Assembly (NCBI GenBank): GCA_017545045.1
Contig: JAFYDA010000056.1
Span: 2,544 to 66,543 of the forward strand
Source of the DNA: Prevotella sp.
Lineage (GTDB): Bacteria > Bacteroidota > Bacteroidia > Bacteroidales > Bacteroidaceae
Length of the DNA: 64,000 bases
Reading direction: 5' to 3'
The position numbers and the translations under genes were made by a program. This document shows positions 55,910 to 64,000 of this stretch, in pieces. Below the pieces are notes generated by a model that was given only the letters and a program-made list of their open reading frames with translations, did not search any database and was not told the DNA's origin. The first letter of the stretch is position 1. Each line of letters opens with the position of its first letter.

Positions 55910-56944
55910 ATGAGTAAGGGTCTAAAGGACAATATCAACAGCCGCTATTTCGAGGCTGCCAATGCGTTGACGTCCAAGCGGGCGCGACGCAGAATCGTGG
56001 CCTACGTCGAGGCCTACGACGACATTTATTTCTGGCGCACGGTGCTCAGCGATTTCGAGGACGATACACGCTACTTCGAGGTGATGCTCCCCTCGAAAGT
56101 CAACCTCACACGCGGCAAGAAGTCGGTGCTCATGAATTTCTTAGACACCCAAGGGCCGCAGGGCGCCGAGGACAGGCTGGGACGCGACATGATAGCCTGT
56201 GTCGATGCCGACTACGACTTCTTGATGCAGGGCGCCACGGCACAGTCCCGCCGTGTACTCCAGAGCCCCTACGTGTTCCACACCTACGTCTATGCCATCG
56301 AAAACTACCAGTGCTATGCACCATCGCTGCACAACGTCTGTGTGGCCGTGACGCTCAACGACCACCGCATCTTTGATTTCACAGACTATTTCCGTCAGTT
56401 CAGCGAGGCCTGCTATCCTCTCTTCATCTGGTCTGTATGGGCCTATCGCAATGGGCGTCACGGACGTTTCTCCCTTACCGACTTTAACCGCATCACTGAC
56501 CCGAGTGGTTTCACCATTCAAAATCCCGAGGTATCCCTTGCCAACATTCGTCGGAAGGTAGGCACAAAGGTTCGAGAGCTGCAGCGACTGTTTCCCGACA
56601 ACAAGGAAGCTTACCTGAAGGTGAAAAGTGACCTTCTGGCTTTAGGTATCACTCCCCAGACTACCTATCTCTACATGCAGGGCCATCACCTCTTCGACAC
56701 TGTTGTGGCACCCATTCTCACCAAGGTGTGCAACCTTCTGCGACAGGAGCGTCAGAATGAAATTTATCATTCTCAGGCCCATCGCATGCAAAAGCGCAAC
56801 GAGATGTCGTGCTATGAGAACTCGCTGCAGGACGTCAAGGTGATGCTCAAAAAGAATACTGGCTACGTTGCCAGCCAGCCTTTCCACAGACTAAAGGCCG
56901 ACATTGCGGCCTATCTGGGGAACGGCGATGATTCCAGCGACTGA
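55910..56944 (+). CDS. DUF4435 (TOPRIM-like) domain protein
   Basis: YVEAYDD, CVDADYD (DxD), YAIENY and QGHHL motifs. Confidence 0.8.
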   Translation: MSKGLKDNINSRYFEAANALTSKRARRRIVAYVEAYDDIYFWRTVLSDFEDDTRYFEVMLPSKVNLTRGKKSVLMNFLDTQGPQGAEDRLGRDMIACVDADYDFLMQGATAQSRRVLQSPYVFHTYVYAIENYQCYAPSLHNVCVAVTLNDHRIFDFTDYFRQFSEACYPLFIWSVWAYRNGRHGRFSLTDFNRITDPSGFTIQNPEVSLANIRRKVGTKVRELQRLFPDNKEAYLKVKSDLLALGITPQTTYLYMQGHHLFDTVVAPILTKVCNLLRQERQNEIYHSQAHRMQKRNEMSCYENSLQDVKVMLKKNTGYVASQPFHRLKADIAAYLGNGDDSSD

Positions 56945-56965
56945 CACCATGGGAAAACCATGGTG
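56945..56965. terminator. Short hairpin between convergent DUF4435 and cysE genes
   Basis: CACCATGG-GAAAA-CCATGGTG; no clear U-tract. Confidence 0.45.
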
Positions 56966-56984
56966 CATGGATGATATTTGTATT

Positions 56985-57881
56985 TCAGATGCCGAGTCCT
57001 CCCTGAAAGGAGGTATCGACGGCCTTGCTCTGCTGTAAGCGTGAGTAGGGTGGCACGTCGGTAGTGACCCAGATGTTGCCTCCGACGACGGAGTGGTGGC
57101 CAATGGTGATGCGCCCGAGGATGGAGGCATTGGAATAGACGGTGACGTGGTCCTCGATAATCGGGTGACGGGGCACATTGAGGATGTTGCCCTGGGCATC
57201 GTACTTGAAACTCTTGGCTCCAAGGGTGACGCCCTGATAGAGGGTGACGTGCTCGCCGATGATGCAGGTCTCGCCGATGACGACACCTGTGCCGTGGTCA
57301 ATGGCGAACCAAGGGCCTATCTGTGCTCCGGGGTGGATGTCGATGCCGGTCTTGGAGTGGGCCTGCTCGGTGATGATGCGGGGCAGAATGGGAATCTGCA
57401 TCTGGTGGAGGGCATGAGCCACGCGGTAGTGGGTCATGGCGTTGACAACGGGATAGCTGAAGATGACCTCGCCGTAAGTCTGTGCGGCGGGGTCGTTGTC
57501 GAACATAGCCTCGACGTCGGTGTAGAGCAGCCGCTTGATGTCGGGCAGCTGGTCGATGAAGCGCAGGGCGAACTGTCGGGCGCTGTCTTCGGCAGTAGTG
57601 GCGCACTCCGTGCAGAACTGGAGTCCGCATGCTATCTGACGACAGAGGAGTTCGTAGAGTTCTTCCATGTTGACGCCGATGGTGTAGGCGCGCATGCGTT
57701 CGTCGGCCTGTCGTTTGTGAAAATAGTCGGTGAAGATGATGCTTTTGGCGAGTTGGACGATGCGCTTCACTTCAAGGACGTTGGGCAGGGGGGCGCCGGT
57801 GGCGGGCATCATGCTGTCCTCTTTCTCGGTATGGGCGGCCATGATGGTGACGTTGCGCTGGATGATTTCGTTGACTTCCAT
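56985..57881 (-). CDS. cysE: Serine O-acetyltransferase
   Basis: DPAA, YRVAH, TGIDIHPGA, DHGTGVVIGET, QGVTLG and RHP motifs. Confidence 0.9.
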   Translation of the reverse strand: MEVNEIIQRNVTIMAAHTEKEDSMMPATGAPLPNVLEVKRIVQLAKSIIFTDYFHKRQADERMRAYTIGVNMEELYELLCRQIACGLQFCTECATTAEDSARQFALRFIDQLPDIKRLLYTDVEAMFDNDPAAQTYGEVIFSYPVVNAMTHYRVAHALHQMQIPILPRIITEQAHSKTGIDIHPGAQIGPWFAIDHGTGVVIGETCIIGEHVTLYQGVTLGAKSFKYDAQGNILNVPRHPIIEDHVTVYSNASILGRITIGHHSVVGGNIWVTTDVPPYSRLQQSKAVDTSFQGGLGI

Positions 57882-57894
57882 AAGTTAGTGGGTG

Positions 57895-59175
57895 TTATTT
57901 CTTTTTTCCGAATTCAGGGTCGATGTCAAGAGTGGCGGTGACGACGTAGGTGACGGTGCAGGCCAGTACGACGATGATGAAGAAAAGAGGATATCCGACG
58001 GCTTCCTGCAGGGCACCAGCAAAGAGGCCAGGTATCATCATCGACAGGGCCATGAAGGCAGTACAGAGGGCATAGTGCGAGGTCTTGTGGTCGCCCTGGC
58101 TATAATATATAAGGTAGAGCATGTAGGCTGAGAAGCCGAAGCCGTAGCCGAACTGCTCGACGAAGACGCAGGCGGAGATGGCGAAGAGGCTGGAGGGCAG
58201 GGCATAGGCGAGCAGGACGTAGACGACGTCGGGCAGGGTGATGGCGATGACCATGGGCCAGAGCCAACGGCGGAGTCCGTCGCGTGAGGCGCAGATGCCG
58301 CCGAGGATGCCGCCGACAGTGAGGCCGATGACGCCTACGGTGCCTTGTACGAGACCGTATTCACCGTCAGAGAGTCCGAGCCCGCCGTTGTGAGCGGCGT
58401 CGACGAGGAAGAGTGCGGAGACCTTGGAGAGCAGCCCTTCGGGCATGCGGTAGAAGAGCATGAAGCAGATGCCGGCGCAGACCTGAGGCTTCTGGAAAAA
58501 GGTGACGACAGTCTGCCGGAACTCGCTCCAGATGGCGGCAGGTGTCTTGGCGTGCCCGTCGCCGTCCTCGGAGGGGTGGGGCAGAATCCAGTTGTGGTAG
58601 AGCCAGAAGGCTATGAAGAGGCCGGCCATGAGGTAGAAGACGAGGCTCCAGGAGTAACGGATGCTGCGAGTGAGCACCTGAAGGGCACCGGCAGCGCCGA
58701 CGAGTAGTCCTGATGAGAAGATGGTGGCGATGCGGTAGAAGGTGGATCGGATGCCGACGAAGTAGGCTTGCTCATGCTGGTCGAGCCCCATCATGTAGAA
58801 GCCGTCGGCGGCAATATCGTGTGTGGCGCTGGCGAAGGCCATGAGCCAGAAGAAGCAGAGGGTGCCCTGGAGCCACCACGAGGCAGGGATGGTGAAGGCG
58901 ACACCGCCGAGGGCTGCACCGATGAGGATTTGCATGGTGACTATCCACCAGCGCTTGGTCTTGACGATGTCGACGAAGGGACTCCATAGGGGTTTGATGA
59001 CCCAGGGAAGGTAGAGCCAGGAGGTGTAGAGGGTAATGTCGGTGTTGGACATGCCCAGGCGCTTGTAGAGGATGAGCGAGATGGTCATGACGGCTACGTA
59101 GGGGACACCCTCGGCGAAGTACAGGGTGGGCACCCAGGCCCAAGGCGACTTCTTTGGAGATGTTTTGCTATTCAT
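57895..59175 (-). CDS. AmpG-like MFS permease
   Basis: YFAEGVP, LPWVIKPLWSPFVD and ASATHDIAADG motifs of the AmpG/RhtX subfamily; overlaps the upstream fusion gene. Confidence 0.8.
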   Translation of the reverse strand: MNSKTSPKKSPWAWVPTLYFAEGVPYVAVMTISLILYKRLGMSNTDITLYTSWLYLPWVIKPLWSPFVDIVKTKRWWIVTMQILIGAALGGVAFTIPASWWLQGTLCFFWLMAFASATHDIAADGFYMMGLDQHEQAYFVGIRSTFYRIATIFSSGLLVGAAGALQVLTRSIRYSWSLVFYLMAGLFIAFWLYHNWILPHPSEDGDGHAKTPAAIWSEFRQTVVTFFQKPQVCAGICFMLFYRMPEGLLSKVSALFLVDAAHNGGLGLSDGEYGLVQGTVGVIGLTVGGILGGICASRDGLRRWLWPMVIAITLPDVVYVLLAYALPSSLFAISACVFVEQFGYGFGFSAYMLYLIYYSQGDHKTSHYALCTAFMALSMMIPGLFAGALQEAVGYPLFFIIVVLACTVTYVVTATLDIDPEFGKKK

Positions 59176-62100
59176 AGATATTTGTTATTTCTGCATTGTG
59201 GTAATAATATAATAAGATGTCGTCGTAGCTGTGACCCTGATGACCCATGACGGCGGCTCCTATCTGGCAGAGTCCGACGCCGTGGCCCCAGCCGCGGCCG
59301 TGCAAAACGAAGCGTAGCCCCGCATGTTCCTCCGCGCCTTGTTTCTCGACGTCGAAAGCGGAGGAGAGCAGGTGTGTCTCGCTGAGGGCCCGACGTATCT
59401 CGAGTTCTTTGCCGATGGTGAAGGTTTTCTTCGTGCCGACAATCTTCAGGCGCCATATGCGTCCGCTGCGGCCTCGCTCCAGGGGAATGAGGTCGGTAAT
59501 GAGGCCAAAGTCGGCATTTAACTTGCGGTTGACAAGTTCGGAGAGTTCCTCCTGGGTGTACGCCACGGTCCAGTGGTGGAAGTCGGAGGTCTCCTGATCA
59601 TAATCGTTGAGCACCTGCGAGAGAATGGCACGGTCGTGGGTGTCGCAGTAAGGACACACCACGGAGGTAAGGTAGGGCTTGGGTGTGTCTTCCCAGCAGT
59701 ATTGGAATTCCTCGGTGTGGCCACCGCAGCACTTGGAGAAACGGGTGTCGCAAAGCTGGCCTTTATAGGTGAGCACCTGGCCGCGAGTGGCGCGGATGGC
59801 CTCTGCAACGGTGGGGTTAACGTGGGTGATACCTTGGTAGCGCTGGCAGTGGTCATCAGCGCAGACGTCGAAGATGGTGTGGTCTTCGCGATCGTACCAG
59901 CGGATAAGCTCGTCATCTTTTTTGGTGAACGAGAAAAAACTGTCGGCATTGCCGCTGGCCTGCTGGCGGCGCTTTTCCATCTGTGCCAGCAGCCATGAAC
60001 GGCTGATGACGGCGTGGGCCTTGAGCAGCTCGAGCGACGAGGTGGATGACATCTCGCTGGAGATGACACTGGTGAGATAGCACTCCACGGGCAACTCGTT
60101 GATGGCGGTGATACGGTCGCTGTCGACGACGAGGCGCAGGGCGCCGTTGAAGCGCTGCGTCTGGCGGCGCTCCCAGTGGAAGCCCGCACCGATGGTGACA
60201 TCGTGGAGCGAGAAGGAGGCATCGGCCGATTGCGGGGTGAAGAGCAGTTCGCGGTACTGCTGTCCGCGCCAGAGAATGCCGCCCTCGGAGAAGGCGACGG
60301 TCTGGCGGCCGACGATGGCGGCACCCTTGGCCGTGTAGGGAGCGTTGAGTGTGAAGTCTATCTGCTGTGCGCTGACGATTCCGACGTTGACCGTCGGCTC
60401 CTGATGGTTGGCAAACGAAGCGTGAAGGGTCAGGGACTTTGCGCTGCCGGCTTTCAGCTTATCGACGACCTGACGGAAGTCGGCGGCGGGGAGTGACACT
60501 TCGCGCAGAATGGCGATGGCCTGTGGTGCAGTGAGCTGGCGGAAGTCGGCCTCGCGGGGTGTAATGATAAGCCCGGCCATATCGATGGCACCAGGCGAAA
60601 TGAGCATGGTGTCGTAGCAGTCGGGGCGGTGCTTGGCCCTGGGGAATACAACGGCGAGGAACTCGGCGTCGCGTCGGAAAGCCACGATGTTGAGCATGGG
60701 CTCCGTCTCGCCAGTATGTTGAGGCAGGGCGCCGTAGAGACGGCGGAACAGTCGCTCGCCGGCATCGCGGGAGTGGCTGCGAATGAGGAAGGCGGGGCAG
60801 GGGTAGTCGTCGATGACAGAGAGATCGTTGCCCTCAGCGAGGCTGACGACGATGGTGAGCTGGCGCGAGAAGCGCTGCCAGGCGTCGACGAGGGGCAGTA
60901 CGGCGGGCACGCCGACCTGCAGATGGGCATGGTCGGGGGCCGAGGCACCGCAGTGGGGACCGTTATAGAACACGACCAGCTCGGGGTAGGCCGTGAGCAG
61001 GCGGTAGATTTCGCCATACATGTCGCCGATGGCCTGCGGTTGGTGGCGCAGTGTGGGCAGCGTGAAGTGCATGGGCAAGATAGGGTAGGGATTGACGAGC
61101 AATTCCCACTGGCCGTCGACTGTGCGCTTCATCTGATTGGCAGGACGGTTGGGCGCACAGAGGAAGCAGGGACGCTCCTTGAGGCTGCGGGCGTCGATTT
61201 TGGCGGCGGTGGACACGATGCGAGCGGGATTCCACTGCACGACGAGGCTGACGTTGCCGTCGGTGAGTTCGCGTGTCTGCACGTTGGTAAGCTCGCGATA
61301 GCGGCGCCGGGCGTCAGACCATGTGTCGAGCTGGCGGTCGAAGAAGCGCTGGAGCGGCGACTCGGGCATGGCGGCATCAAGGTTGCCGGCGACCATGCGG
61401 CGCCGGGCTTCTATCTCGAGTGTGCGCAACCGGTCCTTATATAAGTTGTTGGCGTTGACACGATCCACGGAGAGGGCGGCATCGCTGTTTCCGCCCCAGC
61501 GGCGGCAGAGGTAGAGTTCATCATAGATACGCCCGATGCGGTAGTGGCGCGAGAAGGCCAGTCCCAGGGCGTAGTCCTCGCCGTAGCTGGTGTTAGGGAA
61601 CTGCAACTGGCGCAGAATGGGCGTGAAGAAGGCGCGTGGGGCACCGAGGCCGTTGATGCGTAGCGCGTTGTTGGGACCGTTGTCGTCAGTCCACTCGCGG
61701 TGGTCTATGAGTCCCGGCGGCAGGGTGTTCAGGTCGAAGTCGCACATGCGGTAGGCGCCGACTACCATGGCGGCCTTCTGTTTGTAGAAAGCATCGACGA
61801 TGGTCTGGAGCGTATTCGGCGAGGAGTAGAGGTCGTCGGAGTCGAGCTGAACGGCAAAGCGTCCGCAACGGGAGTCGCCCACAGCCATGTTCCAGCAGCC
61901 GCCGATGCCGAGGTCGGTACGCTCGGGAGTCAAGACGACAAGTGCAGCAGCGTTTTTTTCACTATTCTCTTTTACCTTTTCACTCAGTATGTCGGCGGTG
62001 CCGTCGGTAGAATGGTTGTCGACGACGATGACGTTGTATTTAAAAGATGTTTTCTGCTGGAGGGCGCTATCCACGGCGTCAGCGATAGTCTTGGCACGGT

Positions 62101-62791
62101 TGTAGACGGGAATGATTACTGAGGCCTCAACGGGAAACTCCTGCTCGGCAAAGTCGGGTGTGCGGTAGTACGTCGGGTCGAGCTTGGCACCGATGTCGGC
62201 CAGGTGGGCGGTAGCGGCATGTTCCATCTCTATCTGCACGTCGCGGTTGCGGGGGTTGACGTAGTCGAACTGCCTGACGCCCGAGGCGCGGGTGTCAAGT
62301 TCCTGTTCGGCGTAGAGCGTCTCGTTGAGGTGGAACAGTTGACCCTCACGGCTCAGAAAGAGGCGCAGGGCGTAAAGACCGGCGTACTGGTAGTCGTTTT
62401 CGCCGGCCTGCATGGCAAAGGTGTGAAGCAGACGGGTGGGCAGGAGCCACAGCGAACCGAAGTCGAAGTCGTCGCGTATAGCCCCTGGCTGGTAGTCGAT
62501 GGCGGGATGGCCGGCGCGGTCAGCATAGACGAGGGCGGCACCAGCATCGCAGGCTGCGCGGAGCATGCGCTCGACGGCACCCTGTCCTAAGACGACAGTA
62601 GCGGGCTTGGTGAACAGCAGGACGTAAGGCGCACGGGCCTGTTCGGCAATATACATGACGGAGGCGCTGCTGGCTATTGGCTGGCTCCAGAAAATAGTCC
62701 TCACAGCTTTCGACTCTTCAAGCTGGCTGACGGTGGCGGCCATGGCCTGACGGTCGAAATCGGGGAGGAAGCAATCTATCATCTCTCTCAT
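59168..62791 (-). CDS. Fusion: glycosyltransferase family 2 + DUF4922 (HxHxQ nucleotide phosphorylase-like) + SpoIID/LytB domain
   Basis: SVIIPVYN/VVDNHSTDGT/QLDSDD/GEDY; then RPCFLC/NPYPI/GASAPDHAHLQ; then YLTSVISSEM/LKAHAVISRS/CADDHCQRYQG/GWGHGVGLCQIGA. Continuous ORF. Confidence 0.85.
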   Translation of the reverse strand: MREMIDCFLPDFDRQAMAATVSQLEESKAVRTIFWSQPIASSASVMYIAEQARAPYVLLFTKPATVVLGQGAVERMLRAACDAGAALVYADRAGHPAIDYQPGAIRDDFDFGSLWLLPTRLLHTFAMQAGENDYQYAGLYALRLFLSREGQLFHLNETLYAEQELDTRASGVRQFDYVNPRNRDVQIEMEHAATAHLADIGAKLDPTYYRTPDFAEQEFPVEASVIIPVYNRAKTIADAVDSALQQKTSFKYNVIVVDNHSTDGTADILSEKVKENSEKNAAALVVLTPERTDLGIGGCWNMAVGDSRCGRFAVQLDSDDLYSSPNTLQTIVDAFYKQKAAMVVGAYRMCDFDLNTLPPGLIDHREWTDDNGPNNALRINGLGAPRAFFTPILRQLQFPNTSYGEDYALGLAFSRHYRIGRIYDELYLCRRWGGNSDAALSVDRVNANNLYKDRLRTLEIEARRRMVAGNLDAAMPESPLQRFFDRQLDTWSDARRRYRELTNVQTRELTDGNVSLVVQWNPARIVSTAAKIDARSLKERPCFLCAPNRPANQMKRTVDGQWELLVNPYPILPMHFTLPTLRHQPQAIGDMYGEIYRLLTAYPELVVFYNGPHCGASAPDHAHLQVGVPAVLPLVDAWQRFSRQLTIVVSLAEGNDLSVIDDYPCPAFLIRSHSRDAGERLFRRLYGALPQHTGETEPMLNIVAFRRDAEFLAVVFPRAKHRPDCYDTMLISPGAIDMAGLIITPREADFRQLTAPQAIAILREVSLPAADFRQVVDKLKAGSAKSLTLHASFANHQEPTVNVGIVSAQQIDFTLNAPYTAKGAAIVGRQTVAFSEGGILWRGQQYRELLFTPQSADASFSLHDVTIGAGFHWERRQTQRFNGALRLVVDSDRITAINELPVECYLTSVISSEMSSTSSLELLKAHAVISRSWLLAQMEKRRQQASGNADSFFSFTKKDDELIRWYDREDHTIFDVCADDHCQRYQGITHVNPTVAEAIRATRGQVLTYKGQLCDTRFSKCCGGHTEEFQYCWEDTPKPYLTSVVCPYCDTHDRAILSQVLNDYDQETSDFHHWTVAYTQEELSELVNRKLNADFGLITDLIPLERGRSGRIWRLKIVGTKKTFTIGKELEIRRALSETHLLSSAFDVEKQGAEEHAGLRFVLHGRGWGHGVGLCQIGAAVMGHQGHSYDDILLYYYHNAEITNIYE

Positions 62792-62813
62792 TGTTTTTTC
62801 TGAAAATTTCTTG

Positions 62814-62871
62814 CAAAAGTACAAATAAAATCTGTAATAGTGGCAAAATTGGAAATAATTTCGTAACTTTG
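62814..62871. promoter_or_regulatory. Divergent -7 promoter elements (fusion operon / rlmN)
   Basis: TACTTTTG on minus at 62814-62821 and TAACTTTG on plus at 62864-62871. Confidence 0.6.
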
Positions 62872-62895
62872 CCCTCGATTTGCAGTATGCAGCCG

Positions 62896-63978
62896 ATGAG
62901 TGAAACGCGAAAACCGCTGATGGGAATGACCAGCGACGAGCTGAAAGCTATAGTTCGGGAACTGGGCATGCCAGCCTTTACGGGCGGGCAGATAGCACGT
63001 TGGCTGTATCAGCAGCACGTCACGGAGATTGACCAGATGACGAACATTTCGAAGATGAACCGGGAGCGACTGAAGGAACTCTACGTTGTCGGTGCCATGC
63101 CGCCGGTAGATTGTCAGCGCAGTGTGGACGGAACGGTGAAATACCTCTTCCCGGTGCGTTGCGAGGCCGTCAGTGGTCACGACACCACGGCAGGTGCGAC
63201 GAAGGAGCGTTTCGTAGAGACGGTCTTTATTCCCGACGGGGATCGCGGGACGCTCTGCGTCTCCTGTCAGGTGGGTTGCAAGATGAACTGCCTGTTCTGT
63301 CAGACAGGAAAGCAGGGATGGGAAGGCAATCTCACGGTGGCCGACATCTTGAACCAGATATACGCACTGCCAGAGCGTGACCAGCTGACAAACATCGTCT
63401 TTATGGGTCAGGGAGAGCCGATGGACAACTTGGACGCCGTGCTGCGCGCCACACAGATACTGACGGCTGACGATGGGTATCAGTGGAGTCCGAAGCGCAT
63501 CACAGTAAGCAGCGTCGGTGTCAAGGGCAAACTCAAGCGATTCCTTGACGAGAGTCAGTGTCATGTGGCCATATCCATGCATTCACCCATGCACGAACAG
63601 CGGCGCATGCTGATGCCTGCCGAGGGACTGATGACCATTGAGGAAGTGGTGAGCCTGCTCAAGACCTATGACTTCACACATCAGCGGCGATGCTCGTTTG
63701 AGTATATCTGCTTCGGAGGACTGAACGACACCGTAGCCCATGCAAGGGCTATCGTCAGGCTCGTAGAGGGGCTGGAGTGCCGCGTCAACCTCATTAGGTT
63801 CCACGCGATTCCAGACGTTGAACTGCCGGGAACCGATGAGCAGCGCATGGAAAGGATGCGTGACTACCTGACTGCCAACGGTGTATTCACAACCATAAGG
63901 GCCAGCCGCGGACACGACATCCTAGCAGCCTGCGGACTGCTCTCGACGGCAAGAAAAAAGGAAAAATCAGAAGTATAA
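62896..63978 (+). CDS. rlmN: 23S rRNA (adenine2503-C2)-methyltransferase, radical SAM
   Basis: CKMNCLFC (CxxxCxxC), MGQGEP and AACG. Start at 62896 or 62887. Confidence 0.92.
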   Translation: MSETRKPLMGMTSDELKAIVRELGMPAFTGGQIARWLYQQHVTEIDQMTNISKMNRERLKELYVVGAMPPVDCQRSVDGTVKYLFPVRCEAVSGHDTTAGATKERFVETVFIPDGDRGTLCVSCQVGCKMNCLFCQTGKQGWEGNLTVADILNQIYALPERDQLTNIVFMGQGEPMDNLDAVLRATQILTADDGYQWSPKRITVSSVGVKGKLKRFLDESQCHVAISMHSPMHEQRRMLMPAEGLMTIEEVVSLLKTYDFTHQRRCSFEYICFGGLNDTVAHARAIVRLVEGLECRVNLIRFHAIPDVELPGTDEQRMERMRDYLTANGVFTTIRASRGHDILAACGLLSTARKKEKSEV

Positions 63979-64000
63979 TAAGGTATTATATATGGAAGAA

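Overview
This is a gene-dense chromosomal window from a Prevotella-like Bacteroidales genome, judged from TAnnTTTG promoters, SusC/SusD and TamL/TamB. It holds about 49 CDSs and 4 tRNAs (Lys-TTT, Val-GAC, Leu-TAG, Val-CAC). Housekeeping genes are tdk, rsmI, birA, pyrH, pssA, psd, dnaE, trxA, tsaE, parC, glyQS, cysE and rlmN. Other content: GH2, GH35 and GH43 CAZymes, and a SusC/SusD locus flanked by C10 and M64 peptidases. No transposase, integrase or CRISPR-cas was seen. The most notable observations are: (1) four intergenic arrays of 21-bp-phased units built from two different 19-bp palindromes; (2) a single-chain GT2 + DUF4922 (HxHxQ) + SpoIID/LytB fusion with no signal peptide, coupled to an AmpG-like permease; (3) a PARIS-like ABC-ATPase + DUF4435/TOPRIM pair behind glyQS; (4) a dispersed heptamer mini-element and small palindromes inserted in frame in several proteins; (5) an in-frame deleted DUF3089 gene. 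All product calls come from motif recognition by eye; no database searches were run.
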